From: Psammoneis japonica | Lineage: Eukaryota | DNA length: 64,000 bases | NCBI GenBank assembly: GCA_008632985.1 | Contig: QPGO01000013.1 | Span: 1 to 64,000, forward strand | Direction: 5' to 3' | Shown here: positions 13,727-25,316 of the stretch, piece after piece | Layout: each line of letters opens with the position of its first letter | Numbering within the stretch: position 1 is the first letter of the stretch | Program-made: the position numbers and the translations under genes | Notes under the pieces: generated by a model | The model's database searches: none | What the model saw: the letters and a program-made list of their open reading frames with translations, nothing else | Told to the model about the DNA's origin: nothing

Positions 13727-15902
13727 AATAAGCACTGATGCAAAGAAATCTATGTTGCAGGTAAACCTAGAATGCCGCGTTGCTGAACAACATTTCCAGA
13801 AGGATTACAGGAACCCTACGTTGCACGGGCTGGGTAAAGTAGCTTTGTAGAATGGTCCTTTTTGCAGCGTGAGATACTGATGAAGGCTGAAACGTTACTG
13901 TAGGTAGTGGCTGGATCCTTTCTAGAGTATGAAGACTCTCCAAGGACGCACTTTTTCTAATCGTGTGTCTCCTTCATGGTACATCCAAAGTGGCAGTGAG
14001 ACTGGGTGTGTCGAAGGTAGAATTGCGTCACTGCAAGCGTGTGCTGGATTTGACGTTGGCAATGGAGCCGGTGCCGTCTGCCGACGATGCGACTGAAGGT
14101 TAAGGATCTGGCACTGGTGGTGGACTTGCCATTGTTGACATCTGAGTGTGCATTGTAGAGGGAGATTTTAGCACTGTCAGTCACATTGGACGTCATTCAG
14201 ACACAGCTGCAACTGGTGTAGGATTGAACAAGTCAAGTTTCTAGTTTGTTTCGTCACAGCCCCCTCTGAAGGCGGTAAAAGCATAACCACCTACGTCTCT
14301 AGTAGAAACTGAAGTGTCACAAAAGATTGTTCTCCCCTGAACAGAAAGTGTCCACTGCCGATGCCGTGCAAGCGCCCGAAAGCACTGCTTCGCAACCGTG
14401 TCCCAGCAGAAGTTGCTCCACCCCTCTTCGAGTGTGTCTTCCGATGAGATGTAATTGCATCTCTGTTCTCCCAGAATGACTTTGTCCAATGCTGCAGGCC
14501 CACTTGGGTTATCGTCACCTCATTTCACGCCCCCAATGAGCGGCCAAAAAGCGGCTCATTGCCCAATTCTTCACCCTGGTCTGCCTCGTCGTTGTTAGAA
14601 TCTCAGCCATGATCTTCGACAATGTTGTGAAAATGCCCAAGGGGAACCTGACAGCCAACTTGCAACAACCATTTCAAATGGCTTTCATGAAAGGGAGCAT
14701 CACCATCTGGCAAGGCACAAAGGAGATCCTCCATCTTGATGTTTTAGCTGGATCACAACACTTGTCGCGAATGATCTTCATTTGCTCAAAGGCATTGTGT
14801 GCTGAAAAGCAAACCTTGTTGGGTCGATTGCAAAAGCGCAACAAGAGGTGCAACAGACTGTCACCCACGACTGCAAGCATTCGACTCCACCAGGGTGGTG
14901 CTTGAGAACAGGGCAGCATCCAGCCTCTTGCATGTCAGGAGAACTGAAGAAACGGGAAGGAGGAGTGCAGAAGCGGAACGTCCAAAAACCACGGAGGCAC
15001 GTGCTGGGCTTGAGTTGGACACTGTTCAGCTGTGAGTGAGAAAGGTGCAGACACCAAAATTCTCCTTGTCTGCTTTGTCCCAAGTCCTGCATGGGTCTCT
15101 CTGAGCTTCACACTTGACTGGATCCAAAACATGAGGCCTTCTGGGGGTGCACCGCCTCGTCTCCGGGGGGAATTTGTGCCGTGACAACCTCCGCCATCAC
15201 GATCATGTTAAATGAGCACTTTGTCATCCATCTCTCATGGTGTTTTTTTAGCACACATGAACGCAAAAGACTGATGATGAGAATTGTGAATGGAAAACCA
15301 CAAAAAAGTTTGAAAACATGCTCCCTTTGATGGCTGGCCTTTGGCATGTGGCATGGGGGTTGTGATGAGGCCAAGAGGATCTTTTCTTAAGAGATTTCAA
15401 ATGCACTGCTTTGCAACATTGTTTTGCTGGAAACGAACACTTGCAGAGAGATGACCGCTTGGGGAGACCCTGGTTTTGAGTGATGTTAAAGTGACACATG
15501 CACTGGAAGCCTTGGGGTTGGAGACAAAGAGTGGCCACTTTGGCAAGCAGAGTGTGCAATGCTGCTGTGCATTGATTTTTCCAAGAAGCTCTTTTTTTCC
15601 AAAATGGCTGAGCAGCAGTCCCAGGATTCATCAAAAAGCATGACACTGTTTGGGTGTGGTTTGACAATTTTGGTGAAGCAAGCTGGAAGCTCATGATCAT
15701 TGGCATCATGGGAAGAGAACTCATTGGCATGGTTGTCAACAAGCCCAACATCTCCTTCAGAACACTGTCTTTGAGTTGCAGTTGGCATGGTTTGAACGAG
15801 TCTCAATCTTGATGCTGAAGCAGCTGCCAATGTCCCCTGCTTTGTCTGAGGTGCCGGTGCTTCCACTCAAATCTTTTTTTAATGTGCTCATCAAAACATC
15901 AG

Positions 15903-16178
15903 TGACAGGATTTGAACAGGATTTAGGTGCGCGCGAAACATCGCGCGCTGTTTAGTTTGCCGCGCACAGTTTTGTGTGCTTTAGTTCCGCGCGTTCGCGC
16001 GCGATGCAGTTTGCTTTCGAGCCACAAGGCTCACAAGAATAACAACAGTAGCCCGATCACACCGACTTGCACGTCTTTTGGCTCCTGTGACGGTCTCTGA
16101 GCGGAGACTCATCTGCCATTTAGACAGCAGTGAGGAGTCATTGTTTGAATTCTTGCCACTTGCCTTCAACTTCTGTCA
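15903..16178 (+). repeat. 5' LTR of Copia copy A
   Basis: Aligns without gaps to 22732-23007 and has 6-bp terminal inverted repeats. Confidence 0.95.
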
Positions 16179-17112
16179 GATTGACAGTCTTGCTCATTGT
16201 CAACCCATTGAGCAACCGCCATCGTCGTCGTTGATTTGCCGACGACGCTGTTTCAATTCTGCGTGGACCTCCGTGCATGTTCTACATACATCGGCAAGTC
16301 TGCGCGCGTTCAACACCAGGCATCGGCAGGAATTTAACGTCACCGTCAAGTCTCCTTGCCGCTGGACATCTGGATTGATTGCACTGCCTTTGATCGCTGA
16401 AGACACACATCAACGGTCACATCCCAAGTCCATCCTTGATCCTCATCCCTTGATGTGCCCATTCAACGGTTGACGGTCAAGAACCCCACACATTCAAGGA
16501 TCTCCGTCGCTGAAGACACACACACACACATCTTCACGGCCAAGGACTTGAACCCACTCTTTGGACTGCGGCTTTGCTGCCACTCTACAAGCACGCCGAG
16601 TCCATTGTGCCTGATCTACCCCAGACTGCTGGTGCTCCACAGTTCTGCCAGGTCCACGAGGACAACTGTGAGAGCAAGCAGCCGTGATTGCAGCCTGCGT
16701 TGGGGCGAGGGTGTTTTCCCGCGTTTGTTCGTTCGTCCACAGCGCCTGACGCCTGCGTCAACTGGCCAGCCTGATCGGGAAATCCAACCGACATAAAATG
16801 AGAACGGTTCGGGGGTCTTGTCCACCTCCAGTCAGCTTGCCCGCAGGGGTTTGCAACCCGCTGCTCCGCTCGCAAGCAACCCAAAGCGCCGCTGGCTGCG
16901 GGTTCGGACGTGCCGGCACAACTCTACGGACCGGATGGGAAGTTTAGCACCTGACAACGAACGGGACAGCACAGCCCGGCGACTTCTGATTTTAAGGCAG
17001 TTCAAGATTTCAAGTCAAGTCCATTTCAAGTCAAGTCTGTTCTCACCCAAGTTTCAAGTCTGCCTTCGCTTCCCAACAAGAATTGCTTGTCCTGACAACA
17101 CTTTTGTCTGCC

Positions 17113-20100
17113 ATGGTTCTCACTCGTCAGCAACAAACCGATGGTTTCGAGCACGTTGTTGGAACTGTGCTTGCCCAAGGTGCTGGGAGCCCTCTTCGTT
17201 TGGCTTTGACCCAAGACGGCACGGACTCGCATCAAGAACTGTTCACGTTCATGCCGTCCCAAATCGACTCGCTTGAGTGCGACAACGTCACTAACGTGAT
17301 CCCTTTGCCCCACGGTTGCAAGAACATGTTAGCAGCTCCAACCAGTCTGTGCATTGTCAAAGCACATGAAGGTCTTGACGTTGCCAATGACTCCTCGTTG
17401 TTCACGCATGACGAGTTCCTTGCCTGCTGCCTCAGCCCCGACTGCATGTCTTCTGTGTCTGTCGGCAGCTCACCCCTCGCACCTCCACATGTCACCAACC
17501 CGACCAAGGCACGTGACCCGGTGCGAGACTTCAAGCGAGGCATCAAGCGTGACCCCACCACTTTCACCGCTCTCAAATCCGACAAGCAGTGGCACACTTG
17601 GCACACCTCACTTGTGGCACAAGCTCGTGCCCAAGACGTTGAGTGCATTCTAGACTCGTCATACAAACCGACCAGCCCCGAAGACAAACCGCTCTTTGCT
17701 GAACAGCAAAAGCACATGTTCGCCGTCTTCGAACGCATTCTTCTCACCGACAAGGGCAAGGCTCTCATTCGCGAAAATGTGGGGTCTTCTGACACTCAGA
17801 CCATCTGCCGCGCCTTGTCTGAGCATGCGCTCACCTCCACCCGCGCATCTGTCGAGTCCTCCACCTTGCTCACGCACCTCACCACCGCACGGCTTGGTGA
17901 TGGCACTTGGAAAGGTCCGACCCACGGGTTCATCCTTCATTGGCAAGATCAGTTGCGCAAGTGCGAGGCACTCATCCCGGCCAGTGACCACTTCTCTGAA
18001 GGACAGAAGCACGTCATGCTCGAGAATGCCGCACACCCTGTCGAGGAACTCCGTGCTGTCAAGAACCAAGCTGATCAGCATCTTACGCAGAGTGGCAAGA
18101 GCCTCACATGCGATCAACACTGTGGCTTGCTTCTCTCCGCGGCAGCTCAATGCGACAGTGCGTTTCAACCCAAGACGACACCTCGAGCTCCCCGACGTGC
18201 CACATGCGCACACGACATCCACTCCGAGGAACCGTCCGACGATGTGTTCTGCGACATTGACAGCAACATTGACGTCCTTCAGGCCAATGCTGCCTGCACC
18301 CGTGGTCCCAGCCTCGCCGGTGACCAATGGAAACGTCTCCCTCCCGACCACCAATGGATTTGGGATTCGTTGCCCCATTCCTCCAAGGCGATCATCCTTG
18401 AGCATTCTCGTCCGCCTCCCCGCAACCCGCGAGCCAGCAACTGCCATGAGTCTGTTACAGCCAACCTTCACGTCCAACGCCTTGGGAGTGACGGTGATGT
18501 CAACTTGTCCAACACGACTCCTGCTGACTCTGGTGACCCCGCTCCAAATGTGGGTGCCACTTCGGATGATCCCATCCTGGCGCACCTCACCAAGCGCATG
18601 CCACTGCCACCTGGTGATCTGCAACGTCTGTTGTCTCCCAACCAAGCCCCCAACGCCAGTCGACCGGGGCCATCCGCCGCTCCCTCTACTCCGCCAGCTC
18701 CTGCCGGATGACATGGAACTTAACGGCCGCACTCACCGCCGCGTCAATGACCACAATGTCATTTGCTCTGCCTCTGCTCATCGCTCCACACGCACTGGTG
18801 CTCTAGTCGATCATGGGGCCAACGGCGGCATTGCTGGCGACGACGTTCGCGTCATTGCACGCACCTCTCGCCAAGTCGACGTTCAGGGCATTGACGACCA
18901 CCAATTGGTGGACATCCCCATTGTCACCGCTGGTGCCGTCATTGAGACCCAGCGTGGTCCCGTCATCGCCATCCTCCATCAGCACGCACACACGGGCAAG
19001 GGCAAGACCATTCATTCCTGCGGCCAGCTCGAATGGTGCAAACAGGATGTCAACGATCGCTCTGTCAAGGTGCCCAACGGCTTGCAATGCATTGCCACCC
19101 CTGATGGCTGTGTCATCCCCATTGACATCAAGGGTGGCCTGCCTCATGTTGCCATGCAACCTTGCACTGACGCTGAATGGGACACCCTGCCCCATGTCAT
19201 CCTCACCGGTGATGACACATGGGATCCTTCCGTCCTCGATCACTCTGTCACTGACGACGACCAGTGGTGCGACGCGATCTCTGACCTGCAGGACGATCCC
19301 ACTGCCAACCCATTTGACGAATGCGGCAACTGCCGTCATCGTGTCATTGTCAACGAGACCATCATGTCCGCTTCCTTGTCTGCCGATCACGCGTCAGCCC
19401 TCGATGATCACCTCATTCCAAACGACGACGTGTTCTACGAGAGTGTCATCTACACGCGATTGACCCCAAGGACGACAACGTCCCGCCCCCGGAGCGCACT
19501 GTGCAACCCAAGGACCCCCCCTTTGAGTCTCTTCGGCCTTGCTTTGGCTTCCCACCCACTGACACGGTCCGTCGCACTTTTGACTGCACCGCGCAGTGCG
19601 CCCGCATGCCCGCCGGTGCACACCTTGGGAAGGCCTGCAAATCACCCAACCCCGCCCTTAATGTGCACCGCCGCAATGAGCCTGTCGCCACTGACACAGT
19701 TTGTGCCGACACCCCGGCCATCGACTCTGGTTGCACCAGCGCCCAACTGTTTGTTGGCACCGAGTCTACCGTCACTGACGTCTGTGGCACCAAGACGGAC
19801 AAGGAGTTTGTCAACACACTCGAGGATCAGATCCATGAGCGTGGTGCCCCATCCAAACTCATCAGCGACCGTGCTCAAGTTGAGATCAGCAACAAGGTGC
19901 TCGGGATCCTACGAGCCCTCTTCATCTCCAGCTGGCAAAGTGAGCCTCACCAGCAACACCAAAACTTTGCCGAGCGTCGACACCAGACCGTGAAGCGCAT
20001 GGCGAACACTGTCATGGATCGTTTTGGTTCGCCCGCCCACACATGGCTGCTGGCGCTCATGCATGTGTGCTTCGTGCTCAACCACACAGCATCCCCACGT

Positions 20101-22784
20101 CTCCACTGGCGCACGCCCCTCGAGACTCTCACTGGCTCCACCCCGGACATCAGCCCATTGCTTCGCTTTCACTGGTGGGAACCCGTGTGCTTCCACCTCG
20201 ATGACTCCGATTGGCCGTCCGAATCCCGTGAGTTGCGTGGACGCTTTGTTGGCATTGCTGAGCATGTCGGCCACCAGATGACCTTCAAGATTCTCTCTGA
20301 CGAGACTCAGAAGATCCTCTGCCGGTCCAACGTACGCTCCGCTGCCACCGATCCTGCCGTTCGAAACCTGCGTCTTGATCCTCCTGATGGGGAGCCACCT
20401 GAACCCATCATCAAATCTCGCCATGACGACAACCCCGTCGATTCTCCTGATGGGGAGATCAGGACACCCAAGATGCCAGTTTTCGATCCGCAAGACATCA
20501 TCGGACGCACCTTCCTCATGCAGCCACAAGAGGACGGACAACGCCACAGAGCTCGCATCGTCAATGCCGTCGAAGACCACGAATGGAAAGTGAACGGCAA
20601 TCCCGAGCTCACTAAGTTCATCTGCTCTGTCAACAACGACGAATGCAAGGAAGTCCTTGCCTGCAACAACATCATGAATCACATTGAGCAAGAAGACGAA
20701 GACACTGCTGTTTGGAAATTTCGACGCATCGTGTCACACGAAGGACCTCTGAAGCCTCATGACCCAACCTGGAAAGGCTCAAGCTACAACATCATGCTTG
20801 AATGGGAAAGTGGGGAGATCACGTCCAAGCCTCTTGCCATCATCGCCAAGGACGACCCCGTCACCTGCGCCATCCATGCACGAGAGAACGGACTTCTCGA
20901 CACTGATGGCTGGAAGCGGTTCCGCACCATCGCGAGGCGCCAAAAGAAGCTATTTCGCATGGCCAACCAAGCCAAGCTTCGCTCCTTCCACACTGCACCT
21001 CGCTGCAAGTGCGGATGCGAAGTTCCCGGAACTGCAAACACGCCATGTCACTAGATGAACGCAACGGCAACCGCAAATGGGGAGACGCAACTAACCTCGA
21101 GATGGACCAACTCGAGGAATACGAAGTCTTCCATGACAGCGGGCCCTTCGAGTCTTCCACTCCTCCTGCGGGACACAAGAAGATCCAAGTGCACCCAGTG
21201 TGCGACGTGAAACACGACGGTCGCCACAAGGCACGACTCGTAGCCGATGGGCACCTCACGGACGCACCTGTCGACAGTGTCCACTCCGGAGCAGTCTCCC
21301 TCCGTGGCCTTCGGCTGATGATTTTCCTGGCCGAACTCAACGAGTTAGAGACATGGGCCACCGACATTGGCAATGCCTGCCTTGAAGCCACCACCAAGGA
21401 GAAGCTCTACATTGTAGCCAGACCCGAATTTGGCAAACTCGAAGGACACATCCTTGTCATCCACAAGGCCCTGTATGGACTGCGCAGCTCTGGTCTCCGC
21501 TGGCACGAGCGCTTCGCCGACTGCCTGCGAGCTGAAGGATTCTTCCCCTGCCGCGCCGAACCCGACATTTGGATGCGCAGGAACGGCGACCACTGTGAAC
21601 ACATTGCCATTCATGTGGATGACCTCGCCATTGCTGTGAAGGACCCTCAATCTTTTGTCGATGCTCTCACGGAAAAGTGCAAGTTCAAGCTCAAGGGTGC
21701 GGGACCCATTGAGTTCCATCTGGGTTGCGACTTTTCCCGGGATCCCGACGGAACCTTGTGCCTGTCTCCGCGCAAGTACATCGAGCGCATGGTTGACAGC
21801 TGCGCCCGACTGTTTGGGGAGAAACCTGCCACCAACGCCCTGTCACCTCTGGAGAAGGGTGACCACCCCGAACTGGACACTTCCGAACTGCTGGGGCCCG
21901 ATGGCATTCACAAGTTCCAGTCTCTTGTTGGTTCACTCCAGTGGGCAGTGTCCCTTGGTCGAATTGACATCACCACGGCCGTCATGTCACTCTCTAGCTT
22001 CCGAGCTGCACCCCGTCAAGGCCACTTGGACCGTGCCAAACGCGTCTGTGGTTGCCTCTCCAAGATGCAACACGGCGCTCTCCGCGTTCGTACGGAAGAG
22101 CCCGACCATTCGGATCTCCCTGCTCCGGCCCATGAATGGATGCATTCCATGTGTGGCGAAGCAGAAGAGATGATCCCGAAGGATGCTCCACCGCCCCTTG
22201 GCAAGTTCGTCACTGCCACCCACTGCGTCGATGCAAACTTGCACCATTGCATGCTCACCGGACGCTCTGTCATGGGAATGCTCCATTTCCTCAACAAATT
22301 CCCGGCTGATTGGTTCTCCAAGAAGCAAGCCACCGTGGAGACTGCGACCTGCGGGTCTGAATTTGTTGCCGCAAGGACTTGTGTTGAGCAGATTATCGAC
22401 CTGCGCATCACCCTGCGCCACCTTGGCGTCCCGATCTGTAATGTCAGTTGCATGTTCGGTGACAACAAGTCAGTTGTAGACAGTGCCACCATCCCGCACT
22501 CCAAGTTGCACAAGCGACACACCGCACTGTCGTTCCACCGTGTGCGTGAGGCAATTGCCTCTGGTTGCCTTGAGCTCCACTTCATCGAAGGCTCCCGCAA
22601 CCCTGCTGACATTCTCAGCAAGCATTGGGGTTGCTCCCAAATCTGGGACCTTCTCCGCCCCCTCATGTTCTGGAACTTCATTCCATCCGAAGTCGAATCT
22701 GTTTCTGTGACTCCTCAAGCAAACTGGGGAGTGACAGGATTTGAGCAGGATCCAGGTGCGCGCGAAACATCGTGTGCTGTTTAG
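17113..22784 (+). pseudogene. gag-pol polyprotein of Copia copy A (frameshifted, Tyr-depleted)
   Basis: Gag RDFKRGIKRD; protease LVDHGANGG; integrase VATDT...ISDRAQVE...NFAERR; RT DVKHDGRHKARLVA, DIGNACLEA, KALYGLRSSG, HVDD; RNase H GDNKSV...NPADILSK. Frame breaks near 18700, 19400-19500 and 21030. Confidence 0.93.
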
Positions 22785-23007
22785 TTTGCCGCGCACAGTT
22801 TTGTGTGCTTTAGTTCCGCGCGTTCGCGCGCGATGCAGTTTGCTTTCGAGCCACAAGGCTCACAAGAATGATGACAGCAGCCCGATTGTGCCGACTTGCA
22901 CGTCTTTCGGCTCCTGCAACGGTCTCTGAGCGGAGACTCATCTGCCATTTAGACAGCAGCAAGGAGTTGTTGTTTGAATTCTTGCCATTTGCCTTCAATT
23001 TCTGTCA
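22732..23007 (+). repeat. 3' LTR of Copia copy A
   Basis: Direct repeat of 15903-16178, followed by the TSD ATCAG. Confidence 0.95.
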
Positions 23008-23514
23008 ATCAGAATTTGAGAGATCAAAACTTGGATGATCATCAGTGCAAACTGGAAACATTGTTGAGCCACTGCAAAATGCACATCCATCATGGCAGGT
23101 GAGCTGCTTGAGCCCAACGTTGATGAGAGCACTCCTTGAGAACACAAACTTGAGGTGGATCCAGCATCCTTGTCATCACACATGTTTTTTGACATCTCCA
23201 GGCAGCACTTGTGGTGGCCCAACATTGGGAAAGTCAACGCCCTTTGGCAGCTCCACAAAAACAGGCCTTGACATGTTGGCACATGGGTGTGCACACTCCA
23301 GCCAAGCAAAATCAACTTGCCTTGATCTTCACTTTTAAAAAAGATGGACAGAACAAGGAACAAGTGAGAGTGGCAGTCAACAAGAAAGCAAAAGCATGGG
23401 CTTTGTTGTGGTGGTCACCTTTCTTTGTCTTGTGTTTGCCCAAGCCAAGTTGGCTTTTTCCATTTGTGCACTTGGCTGCTGCAAGAATGCATTGACTGTG
23501 CTTGTTCACAAGGG

Positions 23515-23690
23515 CCCCATGCTGCACAGGCAAAAGAATGGTCTCACCCTTCTTGGGCACATCAGCACTTGCAACAACACACCAATGTTTCCCATCAGCA
23601 TGGTCTCACACTTTTTTGGCCACAGCTTTCAGAGAGCTTCATGCATGCACAGCATGTCTGGGTCATTCTTGGATGCCTTCAGGTCACTCA
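23515..23690. repeat. Dispersed repeat segment; second copy at about 40757-40920
   Basis: CCATGCTGCACAGGCAAAA..TGGTCTCACCCTTCTTGGGCACATCAGCA...CAGCTTTCAGAGAGCTTCATGCATGCAC is present at both loci in the same orientation. Confidence 0.8.
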
Positions 23691-25316
23691 CAGTTGCTGT
23701 CAGCAAGAGATTCTTGTGCATGCAGTGCATGGTCATTAGACTGTGCAGGCTTGTGTGTGTGTGATGTGCAAGTGGAATGCACGTGGGGTTGCTGCTGAGA
23801 GGATCGACATGCAGTGGATTTTTTGCCAGCGCACAATCTACGCGGTCCACAGGGAAGATAAATTTACATTTGTTTCTGATGCTTGCACATGTCATTGAGT
23901 TTGCTTGTGCTTTAAAAAATCTTGCAGAACACCCCAAAAAAAGTGTGGAATCTGCACAAAAAAATTTCCATTTGACGGTCCAAACATGTGTGTCGTGAAG
24001 CACTTCTCACACTTGCGTTGCCAAAAGAGAATCACTGTCGGTGACACAGAACCCTGTCCTTCATGCGCAATGACAGCGCACGACAATGCACAACACCACC
24101 ATGGCACAGCAAACAATGCGAGCACCATTCAGGGATCTACGAGCTGCTGTTTGAAGATGAGATTGAGGTGTGCACACAACAAGTGCACAGCAGCGCAATG
24201 TTGGACAGATGACAGTCGTGCATTTCTTGCAATTTGCATGACAAATTGCCGTTGACGCCGATGACAACAACATTTTTCTCAAGCTCAGACAGGATGACTT
24301 TGCAATGGGCACTTGTCAAAATGATTGATTGCACCATTTAAAACATGTGTGTGCAAAGAAAGTCCCCCTGACAAAGTCTCAATCATTCAACAAATGCTGC
24401 ATGACAGAGACTTGTCAGAAAACAGAGCTCTGCATTGGTGTGATGTTTGCTTTTGAACGGAGGTTGCTCTCGAGGACTTTCATGACTGAACACATTCTCA
24501 AACTTAACAAACTAAATGTCTGCAATGACAAAAGACTCTGGGACACGTCACTGATGTCGCTGTCATTGTGACAACACACCACCGTCATGTCACTGATTTT
24601 TAGCGATGATGTGTGTAGCGTGCACGAAGTTTCCAGCACAAAAAAATTCAGAAAGTCCAATCATCTTGCCATCCATCAGCTTGTTGTGTGAATGCCTTAA
24701 ACCGATTGAACAACATTGATGCACTTCATTCGTGGGTCAAGTTGGGATTCTTCTCATTGCTTGTTGTCATGTCATTTTACAATGTTTTGACCCATGCCGT
24801 GTTTTCTGCTTTGTTGCTTCTGCTTGTGCGCCACCAACCACACACCACCCAACAGCTTTTCCTCTGCAGGGTGTGGCCAGTTGCACAGTCTTCACATCAA
24901 ACCCAGCCAAACTCTGGAGCTGTCATCATTCAGCATCAACACAGTTTGCAAAACTGTTCTCGACACTGTGTGGGTGAGGCTTGTCAAGATTGCAGTCAAA
25001 TGAAAGATGAAGCAGCAAGTGGCAGAGCTGGAGCATGAAGCAGCCACATGTGAGTGCATGGTGGGATGGGGCATGGACAGTGAGGTGATCCCTGCTTTTT
25101 TGGGACCAGCAATCACATTGGTGTGCCTCTCCTTTCCAGTGCCTCACTGAGCAACACCTTGTCATCGGGGGGCCATCGATTTGCATCGCGCCATCTTCCA
25201 TGATGGCTGCCTTGTGTTGCATCGTGACCAAGGAAGCCTCAACGATCGGGGCACTCTCCAGAAACTGATGGAAATGTGCCGGCATGCCATGTGGCAGAAG
25301 GCCCATTGTGGGTGAT

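Larger units (their letters stand above)
15903..23007 (+). mobile_element. Full-length Ty1/Copia (CoDi-like) LTR retrotransposon, copy A
   Basis: 276-bp LTRs at 15903-16178 and 22732-23007 with TGACAG...CTGTCA ends. Perfect 5-bp TSD ATCAG (15898-15902, 23008-23012). PPT-like AAACTGGGGAG before the 3' LTR. Domain order gag-PR-IN-RT-RH. Confidence 0.96.

Noticed and set aside
14534..14561. Small hairpin CAATGAGC/GCTCATTG at the left cluster edge as a Helitron end or partner of the 59.0-kb edge
   Set aside because: Only an 8-bp stem, no convincing terminal motif, and the similarity to the right edge is too weak.
17113..22784. Alternative genetic code or Tyr-avoiding element
   Set aside because: Neighbouring genes use Tyr normally, replacements differ between copies, and non-coding TA is lost as well.
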